Source: Octopus bimaculoides (Eukaryota). Taken from it: DNA of 50,550 nucleotides. Made by a program: the position numbers and the translations under genes. Positions 36,622-48,684 of the stretch are shown here, piece after piece. The stretch covers positions 19,849,151 through 19,899,700 of the forward strand of contig NC_068982.1 in assembly GCF_001194135.2 (NCBI RefSeq). The letters are read 5' to 3'. The notes below the pieces were generated by a model. It made no database searches and was not told the DNA's origin. It worked only from the letters and a program-made list of their open reading frames with translations. The first letter of the stretch is position 1, and each line of letters opens with the position of its first letter.

Positions 36622-37366
36622 GTGAGTAGATTAATAATAATTTATATATTCATAGTTTTGTTATAATACCGAAAACACGATCATATATAAATATAAGCAA
36701 CGGAAGCAGAATTAATGCCAAAAGCCAGTCTTTATAGTCAGCTTAACGAGGATGTTTTGTTAGAACACTGAATACTGCGGCATCCGCCTTGGGAAGTTCT
36801 CTCATATAGACGCATTGTGCATAAAAACACAGACATATATCGTAGTAGACGTTCCCATGCCAGACGATTTTCGTCCGCTGCGATTCGTTGTCTTTGCTAT
36901 TATGCACCACGCGTCTATACGAAAAGACCGCTCAAGGCGAATACTGCAGAACTTCGTGTTTTACTAAAGTGTCCACATTATGTTGGACATAATGACAATC
37001 ATACGCGCTCGCACGCACACACACTCACACACATACGCACACACACATGCACTCTCACACAGAGTTATCTCAAGAGACAATAATTTTAAAATATTCATTT
37101 CCATAAGCAAAATAATGTCATTTGTTGCGCTTAGATACTCAATCAAGCATTTAGTAGACATAGCTTGTGCATAAAACATTAACAAGTTTGAAGCACCAGG
37201 TTGTGTCCGCACAGACAAACAGCATAATAAGAGATGTCTATCTACTTTTGATATGTCTGTGTGTACGGAAGTATGTATGTATGTATGTATGAATGTATGT
37301 ATGTATGTATGTATGTGTGTACGCGTGTATGAGTGTATGTACGTAAATAAGTATTATGTATGTACT

Positions 37367-37410
<44 letters not shown>

Positions 37411-38134
37411 NNNNNNNNNNNNNNNNNNNNNNNNNNNNNNNNNNNNNNNNNNNNNNNNNNNNNNNNNNNNNNNNNNNNNNNNNNNNNNNNNNNNNNNNNN
37501 NNNNNNNNNNNNNNNNNNNNNNNNNNNNNNNNNNNNNNNNNNNNNNNNNNNNNNNNNNNNNNNNNNNNNNNNNNNNNNNNNNNNNNNNNNNNNNNNNNNN
37601 NNNNNNNNNNNNNNNNNNNNNNNNNNNNNNNNNNNNNNNNNNNNNNNNNNNNNNNNNNNNNNNNNNNNNNNNNNNNNNNNNNNNNNNNNNNNNNNNNNNN
37701 NNNNNNNNNNNNNNNNNNNNNNNNNNNNNNNNNNNNNNNNNNNNNNNNNNNNNNNNNNNNNNNNNNNNNNNNNNNNNNNNNNNNNNNNNNNNNNNNNNNN
37801 NNNNNNNNNNNNNNNNNNNNNNNNNNNNNNNNNNNNNNNNNNNNNNNNNCTGTTCCACTCACAGATTGGACTTACAATGAGTTTGTCTAGATATGCAACT
37901 ATATGCATGAGAATGCATACATAAAGCATACATATACATACGTATATACACACCTACATACATATATGCATGTATGTACTTACGTATGTATATATTTATG
38001 TATGTTTTTATGTATGTATGTCATTGTTCAGTTTTATTTCAAGATTTCTTGCCAATAAAGAGCTGGTTTTTAACCTAGATCCAAGGCTCCTTCATAGGGT
38101 ATTTTTGTATATAATGTATGTATGTATGTATGTA

Positions 38135-38167
<33 letters not shown>

Positions 38168-38448
38168 ATATGTGCAGATTTGTATGTTTTATGTATGTAT
38201 ATATTCTCATGCATAGAGTTACATATCTAGACATGGTGATATATATTTAAATGATAAACTTCTGGAAAGTTTTACAGATTTTTACAGATCCAATGATGGA
38301 TTGGATTTGTAGTCTTTGAATTAGCTTTCTTCTTTCTGGTTTTGAGGAGCTAATTTCTTAAGATTGGTATGTAATATGTATGTATGTATGCATGTATGTA
38401 TGTATGTATGTATGTATGTATGTATGTATGTATGTATGTATGTATGTA

Positions 38449-38479
<31 letters not shown>

Positions 38480-38497
38480 ATGTATGTATGTATGTAT

Positions 38498-38833
38498 ATT
38501 CAATGTCTGTCTTTGGCTGGCCTCAAATCTCACCTGCGAACCCTTGGAAAACAAACTTCAGCCAGCTATTCTGATTATATGTCTGTGCACACGTTTGAAT
38601 GTGGTGTGTGCCAGAGGGCTTGCAAATCCAATGGGGGTCTTAAGAGACATGTTAGGATCCACAATGAGCAGAACTTACCTGCAGGTATTGGTAGTACAAA
38701 TCAGAGGTGCAATCTGTGTGGGTGTTTTTTCAAAACATTGTCTGGTTTAAAAGCCACATCAAATGCCATGGAAGGGCTAAGGTGTAGGTGCAGGAGGTGG
38801 TCAAACTCTGTGTAAAGAATAGACAACCACCAC
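38498..38833 (+). mobile_element. 5'-truncated RTE-like LINE 3' end encoding tandem C2H2 zinc-finger motifs
   Basis: CLSLAGLKSHLRT...FECGVCQRACKSNGGLKRHVRIH...RCNLCGCFFKTLSGLK, then frameshifted SHIKCH; short 3' UTR; begins abruptly at a (TATG)n tract with no splice acceptor. Confidence 0.65.
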
Positions 38834-39543
38834 TATGCATATTCAATTATTTAAAAATTTTCCTGTAAAGAAGGAGCTGGTTTCTAACAATGACCTAAAA
38901 TTCTATCAATGGAATGTAGATGAATACAAATTCAGATTTTGAATTTGAGAGAAGCCTTGCATTTGTAATGTACGATCTATCTGAATGTATGTTAACATGC
39001 AATTTGCCGTCGGAAAATGCGGGAAGTAAATTCTCCTTAAAAAAATGAAAGTGTATTGCGATAGAAACCGAAAGTGACGACAGAGATATATCAAAATTTC
39101 ATAAACAAACATTTGATATCGATGGGTAGGATTCTTATATGGGTCTCGGCAAAAAAAATTTTCTATTCTCACGAAGTTGTTATCATTCACTCAGCTTTGA
39201 TCCAAACATTAGCAGCATCCAGACACAGTCTACAGAAGGGCGATGAAAGTTCGTTCACCAAGAAGTAAGTTAGGCAACATGCTCATTGCAGTCATTAGAC
39301 TGCGGCCATGCTGGGGCACTGCCTTCAAAAATTTTTAGTTGAAAGTGTCGACCTTAGTACGTATTTTTTGTAAAACCTGGTACTTATTTATTGGTATCAT
39401 TTGTTGAACCGCTATTTTTATGGGGAAGTAAACACACTACCATTGGTTGTCAAGCGATTCATACATACATACATACGTACATACATGCATACATACATAC
39501 ATACAAACATACATACATACATACATACATACATACATACATA

Positions 39544-39672
39544 CACTAGCGTAGCTAGAGCGTGTGACGTCCAGGGTGGCCCTTCCGTTTGACGCCCTCG
39601 GACCCCACAAATGACACGTATTACCAAGGTGCTGCCCGGGGCGGATCACCCCCTCCTCCAGTTACGCTAGTG
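39544..39672. mobile_element. 129-bp MITE with 17-bp TIRs (hAT-like)
   Basis: CACTAGCGTAGCTAGAG ... CTCCAGTTACGCTAGTG (15/17 match); TSD blurred by (CATA)n. Confidence 0.75.
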
Positions 39673-40172
39673 CATATCATATATGTATATACGACGGTCT
39701 TCTTTCAGTTTCCGTCTATGAAATCCACTCACAAGGCTTTGGTGAGTTGGCCCGAAGCTACAGTAGAAAACATTTGCCCAAGGTGCCACGCTGTGTGTGA
39801 CTGAACTCGGAATCATGTGGTTGGGAAGCAAGCTTCTTACCATGCACCTACCCTGCGCCTATAGTGATATTTTATTTACATTAACTTCGTGAGTGTGTGG
39901 TAAACCAAATTTACGAATCATCATTTCGTGCATCAATGTCTGTTATGTCTTCACGTAAATATGATTGTTTTCATCTTCTATGAAATATATCCATGATTTT
40001 CATATTGTATCAAATACATGCACGTTTATATATTGGATATATGGAGTATTTACAAGAAATTACGGAATGGTTGTGTCGTCACTTCCGGTTTCTATCGCAC
40101 TGTACTTTCTCTTTCTATGAACAATTTACTTTCATTATTTTACGACGGTAGACTACGTTAACCATGAATATA

Positions 40173-40399
40173 CAGTGTTGGTCAAAACTCACCTGACAGT
40201 AAATCAAACCCATTTAATCCTAACATTTGTTTAACAACTGAATGAATTTATTAAAAGCATCTAAATATGAAACATCATGAAAATTGTCCAAGCTGAAATC
40301 CTTCTCGAGCGACACATATTTCCATTCGAGTCAATACAGAATCACAGATAGTATTTATGGGATTTTGATTTACTGTCGGGTGAATTTTAGCAAACCCTG
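40173..40399. mobile_element. 227-bp Tc1/mariner-type MITE with TA TSD
   Basis: TA-CAGTGTTGGTCAAAACTCACCTGACAGTAAATCAAA ... TTTGATTTACTGTCGGGTGAATTTTAGCAAACCCTG-TA. Confidence 0.8.
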
Positions 40400-40918
40400 T
40401 ATGTATGTATGTATGTTTCCATGTATGTATACTTCTACGTATACGTGAAATAATGTATGTGCGTTGTGCGTNNNNNNNNNNNNNNNNNNNNNNNNNNNNN
40501 NNNNNNNNNNNNNNNNNNNNNNNNNNNNNNNNNNNNNNNNNNNNNNNNNNNNNNNNNNNNNNNNNNNNNNNNNNNNNNNNNNNNNNNNNNNNNNNNNNNN
40601 NNNNNNNNNNNNNNNNNNNNNNNNNNNNNNNNNNNNNNNNNNNNNNNNNNNNNNNNNNNNNNNNNNNNNNNNNNNNNNNNNNNNNNNNNNNNNNNNNNNN
40701 NNNNNNNNNNNNNNNNNNNNNNNNNNNNNNNNNNNNNNNNNNNNNNNNNNNNNNNNNNNNNNNNNNNNNNNNNNNNNNNNNNNNNNNNNNNNNNNNNNNN
40801 NNNNNNNNNNNNNNNNNNNNNNNNNNNNNNNNNNNNNNNNNNNNNNNNNNNNNNNNNNNNNNNNNNNNNNNNNNNNNNNNNNNNNNNNNNNNNNNNNNNN
40901 NNNNNNNNNNNNNATAAA

Positions 40919-41209
40919 TATATAGTTTTAGGGAAAAGAACCCAGGTTCATGAACTCATCGATGAAAATCCACTGTCACATATAGAAAAATTAATAATTA
41001 CTTATAAATTATAAATTAATTATAAAATGTAGTCATTTTATTATCTTTATCTTATGATATTTAGTTTGTATTAAATTATACTCATTTATTGTGCTTTTAT
41101 TTATTGTTCTTTTATTTATTGTGCTTTTAATTATTAATTTTTCTATATGTGACAGTGGATTTTCATCGATGAGTTCATGAACCTTGGTTCTTTTCCCTAA
41201 AACTATATA
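40919..41209. mobile_element. Young MITE with 82-bp TIRs and an AT-rich core
   Basis: 40919-41000 is the reverse complement of 41128-41209 with one mismatch seen. Confidence 0.9.
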
Positions 41210-41991
41210 TATGTATATATATATTTGTATACACCGCACTATATGAAGAACAGTACTCATTCAAAACATCAAAGTCAGTTTTGCCGTCGACACCAACATC
41301 ATCAAGATTACCACCACCACCACCGCCACCTCCACCGTCGTCATCATCTTTATCGTCATCGTCGGTATAGCTATCAAATATGATATCATCATCATCATCA
41401 CCATCATCATCAACAACAACAACAATGACAACGTCACCTTCGGTACCATTATCGCTCACCACGTATATTTATGGCTGTGCGTTACACTCTCTCCACCCCT
41501 GACCTTCGCAGCGTCTACAGTTTCTATTTCCTAACATTTCAGTAACTAACAGGAACGTGCTGCTTCCCAGTAAAAGAGCACGGATGTAACAGTAATGACG
41601 AAAAGCACCATGCCGGTCCCTTTGATCTCGGCTGTAACGATTACCATTTGTGAGAAGATGGTACTTTGTATTTGTTCAATAATCTATTTATAGTTCCTAG
41701 AAGAAACCAATAATAATAATAATAATAATAATAATAAAGACGAAAGAAGAATTGAGCATGTTTAGTAATATGAAATTAAGAGACGTTCACATTATTGATT
41801 TGTACCCATACGCAAACGTTCACACACGCACACACACACACACACATGTTCATACATGTGGGTACGCACATACGAACACATACAAACACACACACACGTA
41901 CAACCTCATATTCACGTGCGTGTGAAAGATAGATATAGATATTTAGATATATATACATATACATACATATATATGTGTGTGTGTATGTGTG

Positions 41992-42045
<54 letters not shown>

Positions 42046-42329
42046 AACACATACACAGGGTGCGATGGGTAAATTGTCGCCATTTTATATTTTTAATTTC
42101 GCGTATGCACATTGCTTGATTTGGATTTTGTCGACTACACAGTATAGTAGGTTCAGTTGGGCACCATCTGTGAGAAAAAACAGCACCATGACACAATTCA
42201 CACTGCAGGGAATTTGGAAACATGCTGTACTGCAAGGCATTCGCTCCAGAAGCTCTAATATACGAACATTTCAGAGTGTTTGGGTGTCAATCTGAGGATA
42301 GTGCAATCTGAGAACATGTGCTGAGAGTG

Positions 42330-42500
42330 ATAAAAATAAAGCATCCAACCAACATCATGGTGTTTGGACTAAACATCTTCCCACAGCCTCAGACTCAACA
42401 TGGAGGCCTACATCAATTGCCTGGAGGAGATAGTGCTGGATGGTTAATGCTAGAAGACTCTATGTCTGGCAACAGGACTCTGCAACATGTCGCACATGAT
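42330..42500 (+). mobile_element. Tc1/mariner (maT-like) transposase fragment
   Basis: KHPTNIMVFG, LRLNMEAYINCLEEIV and LYVWQQDSA in shifting frames. Confidence 0.7.
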
Positions 42501-43830
42501 ATCTACAAGGCTGTATAGAATTTATCAGCTGCATGGGATGACGTAGAGAACATGGCTATGAATGGTGTATGGAAGAAGCTATTCCCGCAATTCGTCAATG
42601 ATTTTAAGGGGTTTGATAATATTGCTATCAACAAAGCTTTGGTGACGACGAGCAAAGAACTGGAAATAGATTTGGAGGAGGAAAATTTCACAGATTTATC
42701 TGAAAAAGAAAAGCAGGTCCTGACGAATGAGGATTTCATAGAGCTCCACGAGCAGTAAAATATAGAAGAAGAGGAAGTCAGACCTGAACCTCGTCACTTT
42801 ACCATTAAGAAAATGCAGCAAGTATTTGCATATATCGAAAAAGGATATGGATCCAAATGCTAAATGCTTTCCAAGATTATGGGGGCTTGTCTCGAAGCTT
42901 TTGCTCCTTGTAATGTAATCCTTGAGGAAAAGAGAAGACAGTTCAAGGAACTCTCAACCGGTTTTTTAAGTGCATTGAACGAGAACAGCCAAAGTCAGCT
43001 GTTGATGTTGATGATCCATAGCCATCTACATCCGCGATGTAAATCACCATATTATATGTACGTATTGGTAAGTGTAAAATAATTTAGAATTTTTAAATTA
43101 TTATCATCATCATCATCATCATCGTTTAACATCTACTTTCCATGCTAGCATGGGTTAGACGATTTGGCTGAGGACTGGCAAACCAGATGGCTGCACCAGG
43201 CTCCAATCTGATCTGGCAGAGTTTCTACAGCTGGATGCGCTTCCTAACGCCAACCACTCCGAGAGTGTAGTGGGTGCTTTTACGTGCCACCGGCACGAGG
43301 GCCATTCAGGCGGTACTGGACACGGCCACGCTCAAATGGTGTTTTTTACGTGTCAACTGCACAAGTGCCAGTAAGGCGACGTTGGTAACGATCACGCTCA
43401 AATGGTGCTTTTTACATGCCACCGGCATGGAAGCCAGACAGCTGCTCTGGCAATGATCATGCTCATGGCAAAATAATAATAACTACTGAATTTGTTTTTT
43501 AAGCTTAAAAAAGGCTTTTATTTTACCATCTCTTATTGCAAACTGCATTCATAAATAAAGTGTCCGTGATGTATGGTAAGCACCACCAAATTGTATTCGT
43601 GAATTTAGATTACTTTTCATTTCAATGTACTGTATTAAAAATAAAGTTGTTTGTAAGCTTAAAATTGTTTTTTATTAACCATCTATTATTGAAAATGCTT
43701 TCGTAAATGAAGTACAGATTTGGGAATGGTTATCAGTTTAGCCTAGAGACAAATAAATTTGGCCTAGCCTAGCCTAGTTAATTCGACTTAAGTCATCTTT
43801 TGACTTAAGTCGTGTCTCCTGGAACCAATT
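42500..43830 (+). mobile_element. Tigger/pogo-type transposon 3' half, interrupted by an RTE-tail repeat
   Basis: AAWDDVENMAMNGVWKKLFPQFVNDFKGF...LTNEDFIELHEQ...FTIKK resembles the Tigger1/TIGD1 C-terminus; GACTTAAGTC repeats near 43785-43812 resemble a Tigger subterminus. Confidence 0.8.
43104..43470 (-). mobile_element. RTE-type 3'-tail repeat with (GAT)n tail; related copies at about 45995-46300 and 46870-46950
   Basis: Minus strand GGCGTTAGGAAG.GCATCCAGCTGTAGAAAC...CCAACCCATGC.AGCATGGAAA...GTTAAACGATGATGATG. Confidence 0.75.
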
Positions 43831-43897
43831 GATAGATCGCTGACCACGGCATTCATATTTTTTCTCCTTGTTTCTCTCCTTATTTCTTTCTATGTTC

Positions 43898-43933
43898 CTT
43901 TCAGTTGAAGAGTGTAGGCTCGAAACGTCAAAG
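43898..43933 (+). ncRNA. Hammerhead-like motif with a non-canonical core (family H2)
   Basis: CUUU-CAGUUGA-A-GAGU(guag)GCUC-GAAAC-GUC-AAAG; the other copy reads CUGUCGA in the core. Confidence 0.45.
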
Positions 43934-44170
43934 ATTTTCTCTATTCCCGAGCGTTAAACTAATACATCCATTTGTTGTTTACACCACCCGTCTTCGTCTG
44001 TCGTTTTTTTTTTTCGTAAATTCTCCAATATATCTGTACATATANNNNNNNNNNNNNNNNNNNNNNNNNNNNNNNNNNNNNNNNNNNNNNNNNNNNNNNN
44101 NNNNNNNNNNNNNNNNNNNNNNNNNNNNNNNNNNATATGTAGTCTGTTAAAGTCTGTTAAAGTCTGTCAT

Positions 44171-44216
44171 ACCGGTCATGACGAAGGGAAATAGCCCTGA
44201 AACTCGAGTCGCCTTT
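44171..44216 (+). ncRNA. Degenerate type I hammerhead motif (family H3)
   Basis: (a)UGACGA-AGGG(aaauag)CCCU-GAAAC-UCGA-GUC; palindromic ACUCGAGU helix III; C3 replaced by A; stem I poor. Confidence 0.55.
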
Positions 44217-45490
44217 ATATATTTATATTTATATATTTGATCCTTTATATTGAACACTCAATATTTCATCTACATTCAATACTTTCTTTCATGGTGCCAT
44301 CCATTTTTATTTTATTTTATTTTATATTATATATTGTATATTCCATATTCTATACCCCACATTGGTATTGCAGGAATATAAATAAAACATAAAAAACAGA
44401 CAGTGTTGGAACTCTTTTAAACAAAATAATATATTCCTCTATACACAATCATACAAAAAAACCACCTTTTTTGTATTTATATATCCATTTTGTATATATA
44501 TATCCACACACACACATATATATGCAAGCTTTTCAACCACATACCCCCAACTTAGACTATTTAGTTATTAAACAAAAATGTGCAAAGATAAACAACTTAC
44601 AGTGACAAGTAGCATTTGTATGGACAACATGGACATATACAGGTATAAAAAAATACCACAAAACCTGAATTCCTGAGTTGTTAAATTATTTCCACTCCCA
44701 AAGGATATCTCACATTTACCTTGTGGTAACTGAGACTAGCCCTACATCAGAAGGGGTAAAACTCTCAAAGTTGACATGCTATTGAAATAACGACATGTTA
44801 TTAAAGTTGACATGCTTATTGTCCTAAGGTTGGAGGTTAGTCATGGATACATGTTTCTACCTCAATAGGTGTCATCAGCACATCAATTTTCCCACCCTGT
44901 CTCTAGCAGACAAGTGATATATACATATGCGAAAAGAATAGAACACATTTATAGCTTATTTAATTTGCCTCAGTTTATTTAAACTTAAATGAAGAGAAGC
45001 AAGCCAGTGTGGCCTTTGGCATATACATGAACAACATAGATAGATGCAGGTATATCTCGCAGGAGATAGGGTAGCATTGATGATGCCTATTGAGGTAGAA
45101 AGATGAATCCATGAGTGTCCTCTTATCTCAAGATGGTAAACTTGTACTTTAATGAATTATCAACTTTGGAGAAGTCTTAGTTCTTGAGGTTGATTCTCCT
45201 TTTCATATGGAACATCTCTTAGTTATCGCTTGTCAATTGTTAAACATCCTCTAGAGGTGTAGAAAATTTTAATAAATCAAGAATTTATGTTGTATGATAT
45301 TTCGCACGACAATATCACTATATCTCATGAGACATATTGCAATAAAATATTAAATATGCCATTTAATCTATTGTAGTAATTATATTATGTTCTCATATTT
45401 ATGAGACGTAAAATTGATATTGTAAAAAGGTTGTACTCTGTCCTAAATTATTTATCAGTATCCTACATTTTTCACACAGATATATGTGTA

Positions 45491-45532
<42 letters not shown>

Positions 45533-45590
45533 CGTGTGTGTGTGTGTGTGATTGTTTCTATGTATATACATGCATATACATATATATACA

Positions 45591-45626
<36 letters not shown>

Positions 45627-46309
45627 GTTAAAAAAAACAATAACAAAAAAACAAAAAAACAACAAAGTGAGGACGTGATATGGATAGTATTTATATATAT
45701 GTATATATATGTATATATATATGTATATATATGTGTATATATATGTATATGTATAATATATATATATATATATATACATGCACACACATACACATACACA
45801 CGCATCGATATATGTATGTAAATATCTATCTGTCTGTCTAACTAGTTATTTCTGACTTAGTGTACACACACACATTGAATATGTTATTTTATTCGTTCTC
45901 AAAGCTTACGAAATCATAATGCTGATAACGTTATGCGTGTTTTTGCATTCTTCATAGTCATCAAAGCTCTGGGAATCAAATGACCTCCTGTTTCCATCAT
46001 CATCATCATCATCATTTAACGTCTGTTTTCCATGCTGGCATGGGTTGGACAGTTTGACTGAGGTCTGGAGAGCCAGCAGCTGCACCAGGCTCCAATCTGA
46101 TCTGGCAATGCTTCTACAGCTGGATGCCCATCCTAACACCAACCACTCCGAGAGTGTAATGGGTGCTGTTTTACGTGCCACCGGCACAGGAACCAGTCAG
46201 ACTGGAGCCTGGCAATAATCAGGAGCCTGGCAATGATCACGTTTGGATGGTGCTTTTTACATGCCACCGGCACGTGAGCCAGTCAGAGGTTACTGGCATT
46301 GATCCTCTG

Positions 46310-46860
46310 CAGAAAAATATCAAATAGTCGAATATTGTCATGAAGAATGATCAGCTCTCTTCTGTTGATTAGTCTGGTATAGAGGGGGAGCAGTCTTTCA
46401 TTCATTTTGGCAATTTCATGGCAATATGTTTCTGCAGTAAAAGTTTTCCCAGGTTTTAAGAAATTATAGTGGACGAGTCCAGCAGTGCACCAAACAGCTA
46501 CCATCATCTTCTTTTTGAAGAGCTTGGGTTTAGGGAAGATTTTCAGAGCTTCATTTTAGTTCAACCACTGCGAAGAATAGTTTTTATTATTATACAGAAT
46601 CCACTTTTCATTGCAAGCTACAGTACAGTTGAGAAATGGATTGATCTGGTTATAGAGACGAAGCGATGTGCAAATTTCATATCTGCACATTTTCTGATTT
46701 TCATTCAAATCATGTAGTAACCATTTGTCAAGCATTTTTAATTTTCCGATCACATGCAAATGGTTGCAGGCAGTTTTCTGGCTCACTTGAAGTACTTTTG
46801 CCAGTTCTTGAGTGGATTTACATGGATCTTTCTCAATGACAGTCTGTAATTGTATTACAC
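46310..46860 (-). mobile_element. Mariner transposase relic (Hsmar1/cecropia-like)
   Basis: KWLLHDLNENQK...PFLNCTVACNEKWILYNN...QWL, then MMVAVW..AGLVHYNFLKPGKT.TAETYCHEI...LINRRELIILHDN; frameshifts present. Confidence 0.9.
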
Positions 46861-46971
46861 TCTTGGAGTGGTTGGCATTTGATTTGCCAGTCCTCAGTCA
46901 AATTGTCCAACCCACGCTAACATGGAAAGCGGACGTTAAACGATGATGATAATGATGACGATAATGATTAT

Positions 46972-47149
46972 TATTGTTCAGGTCACTGCTTGGAATCAAA
47001 CTCAGAATCTTGGGGTTAGCAGCCCACGTTCTTAACCACTAACCCACAGGCATATGTCGTAGTGGTTAAGAGCATGGGCTACTAACCCCAAGATTCCGAG
47101 TTTGATTCCAAGCAGTGACCTGAACAACAAAAATAATAATGATAATAAC

Positions 47150-47201
<52 letters not shown>

Positions 47202-47358
47202 TACACCTTAGGAATGGGAACCCAGGTTCAAAACTTCCCCAAGACACCTGATGAAGGCTGGTGGGTATATCAGTATATCAGCTGAAACATTGTGTTAACA
47301 AACAAGATGAGGACAAATGTCCGTCAATTGTAAATAATGTAAATAATGTAAATAATGT
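46972..47358. mobile_element. Palindromic tRNA-headed hammerhead element (H1), locus C
   Basis: Inverted head 46972-47040 abutting forward head 47047-47122, (AAT)n, tail with hammerhead motif 47243-47296 (GAAACAUU variant), ending (AAATAATGT)x3. Confidence 0.85.
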
Positions 47359-47929
47359 GTTCTGCAGTGTCAACAAACTTAGTACGATTTTATTGGGAAG
47401 CAAACTGCTTACTACACTACCATACCTGTAACTTGTCACAGTTTTCTTTCTAAAGTGTGATCCAAAATGCCTTTTTGCGGCTCTATCAGTGTTTTCCAAG
47501 GCAGTTCCTTTACTTGTTAATTATAAGCAATAGTTGGGGGCATGTCTTTCCTGTAACTCTGTTCAATCATTTAAAAATTTTCAAATTTGAATGACTATGC
47601 AACTAATAATATATTGCTTGTGTGCATCAATTAAACATATGATTTTCCCATACTTTAACTGCTTTTTGATGACCTCTCTTACACCTGTTCAACCAAAAAC
47701 AGATAGTTGGTTTCTATCAATTAAACATAATTTTTATAACTGTCTTGCTTCGTTGATTGCTAGTTTCAAATTAATGAAACATTAAATTAACTGGAGTCAG
47801 AATTTGTGTACAAGCAACTGCTTGCTTATTTATATCTATCATCATGTAATATGACTTAAAATACTTTCTGACTGTTGTAATTCAATTGATGTAAATACGT
47901 TCATTTGCATTGCAATCTCAGAAAATATT

Positions 47930-48370
47930 GATCTTAAATTTTGACACAATGCCAGCAATTTTGGTGTTAGGATAAGTCGATTACATCAACCCCCAGTGTT
48001 CAACTGGTACTTATTTTATCAACCCCAAAAGGATGAAAGGCAAAGTCCACCTTGGTGGAATTTAAATGGTGAATGTGTAAACAGATGAAATGTCACTAGG
48101 CATTTTGCCCTGCAAGCTAACCATTCTGTCAGGTTGCTGTCTTAACCTCAGATAATATTCTTTTCTACTCTAAGCAAAAGGCCCAAAATTTTTGAGGCGG
48201 GAGCCAGTCGATTAGATCGACTCCAGTACACAACTGGTACTTAATTTATAGACCCCGAAAGGATGAAAAGCAAAGTCGACCTTTGAACTCAGAATGTAAA
48301 GAGAGACGAAATACTGCTAAGCATTTCACCCGGTGTACTAACGCCTCTGCTAGCTCACTGCTTTTAACCT
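47930..48370 (-). mobile_element. Two S2 SINE copies; the first is strongly CpG-decayed
   Basis: ATCAACCCCAAAAGG...GTCCACCTTGGTGGAA against consensus ATCGACCCCGAAAGG...GTCGACCTCGGCGGAA. Confidence 0.85.
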
Positions 48371-48684
48371 CAGATAATATTAATAACAATTAGAAACAGT
48401 TTATGTACAGTTGATTTGCTTGACTAAAGGTGGTGTTCCAGCATGGCCGCAGTCAAATGACTGAAACAAGTAAAAGAGTCAAAGAGTAAAAGTGTATATG
48501 CATGCATGTACGTATGGGTACATATACGCATATACTAAAATACAGATACATAGAGGCATATATATGTATAAAACATTGCTATAAAAAGTACTACTTTACT
48601 TTTTCCTTGGTCAAATTTATTTCATTATCTTCACCTTATATTTCTCTCACCCATATCCCCTTTTTTCTTCTGCTCTGCTTTCAG

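Noticed and set aside
36730-37083. Candidate exon or ORF just downstream of the His exon
   Set aside because: The phase-2 frame stops within 11 codons and no frame shows protease motifs.
41175-41462. Acidic D/G-rich minus-strand ORF
   Set aside because: Built from (CAT)n, (CAC)n and (CAA)n trinucleotide repeats, with no splice context.
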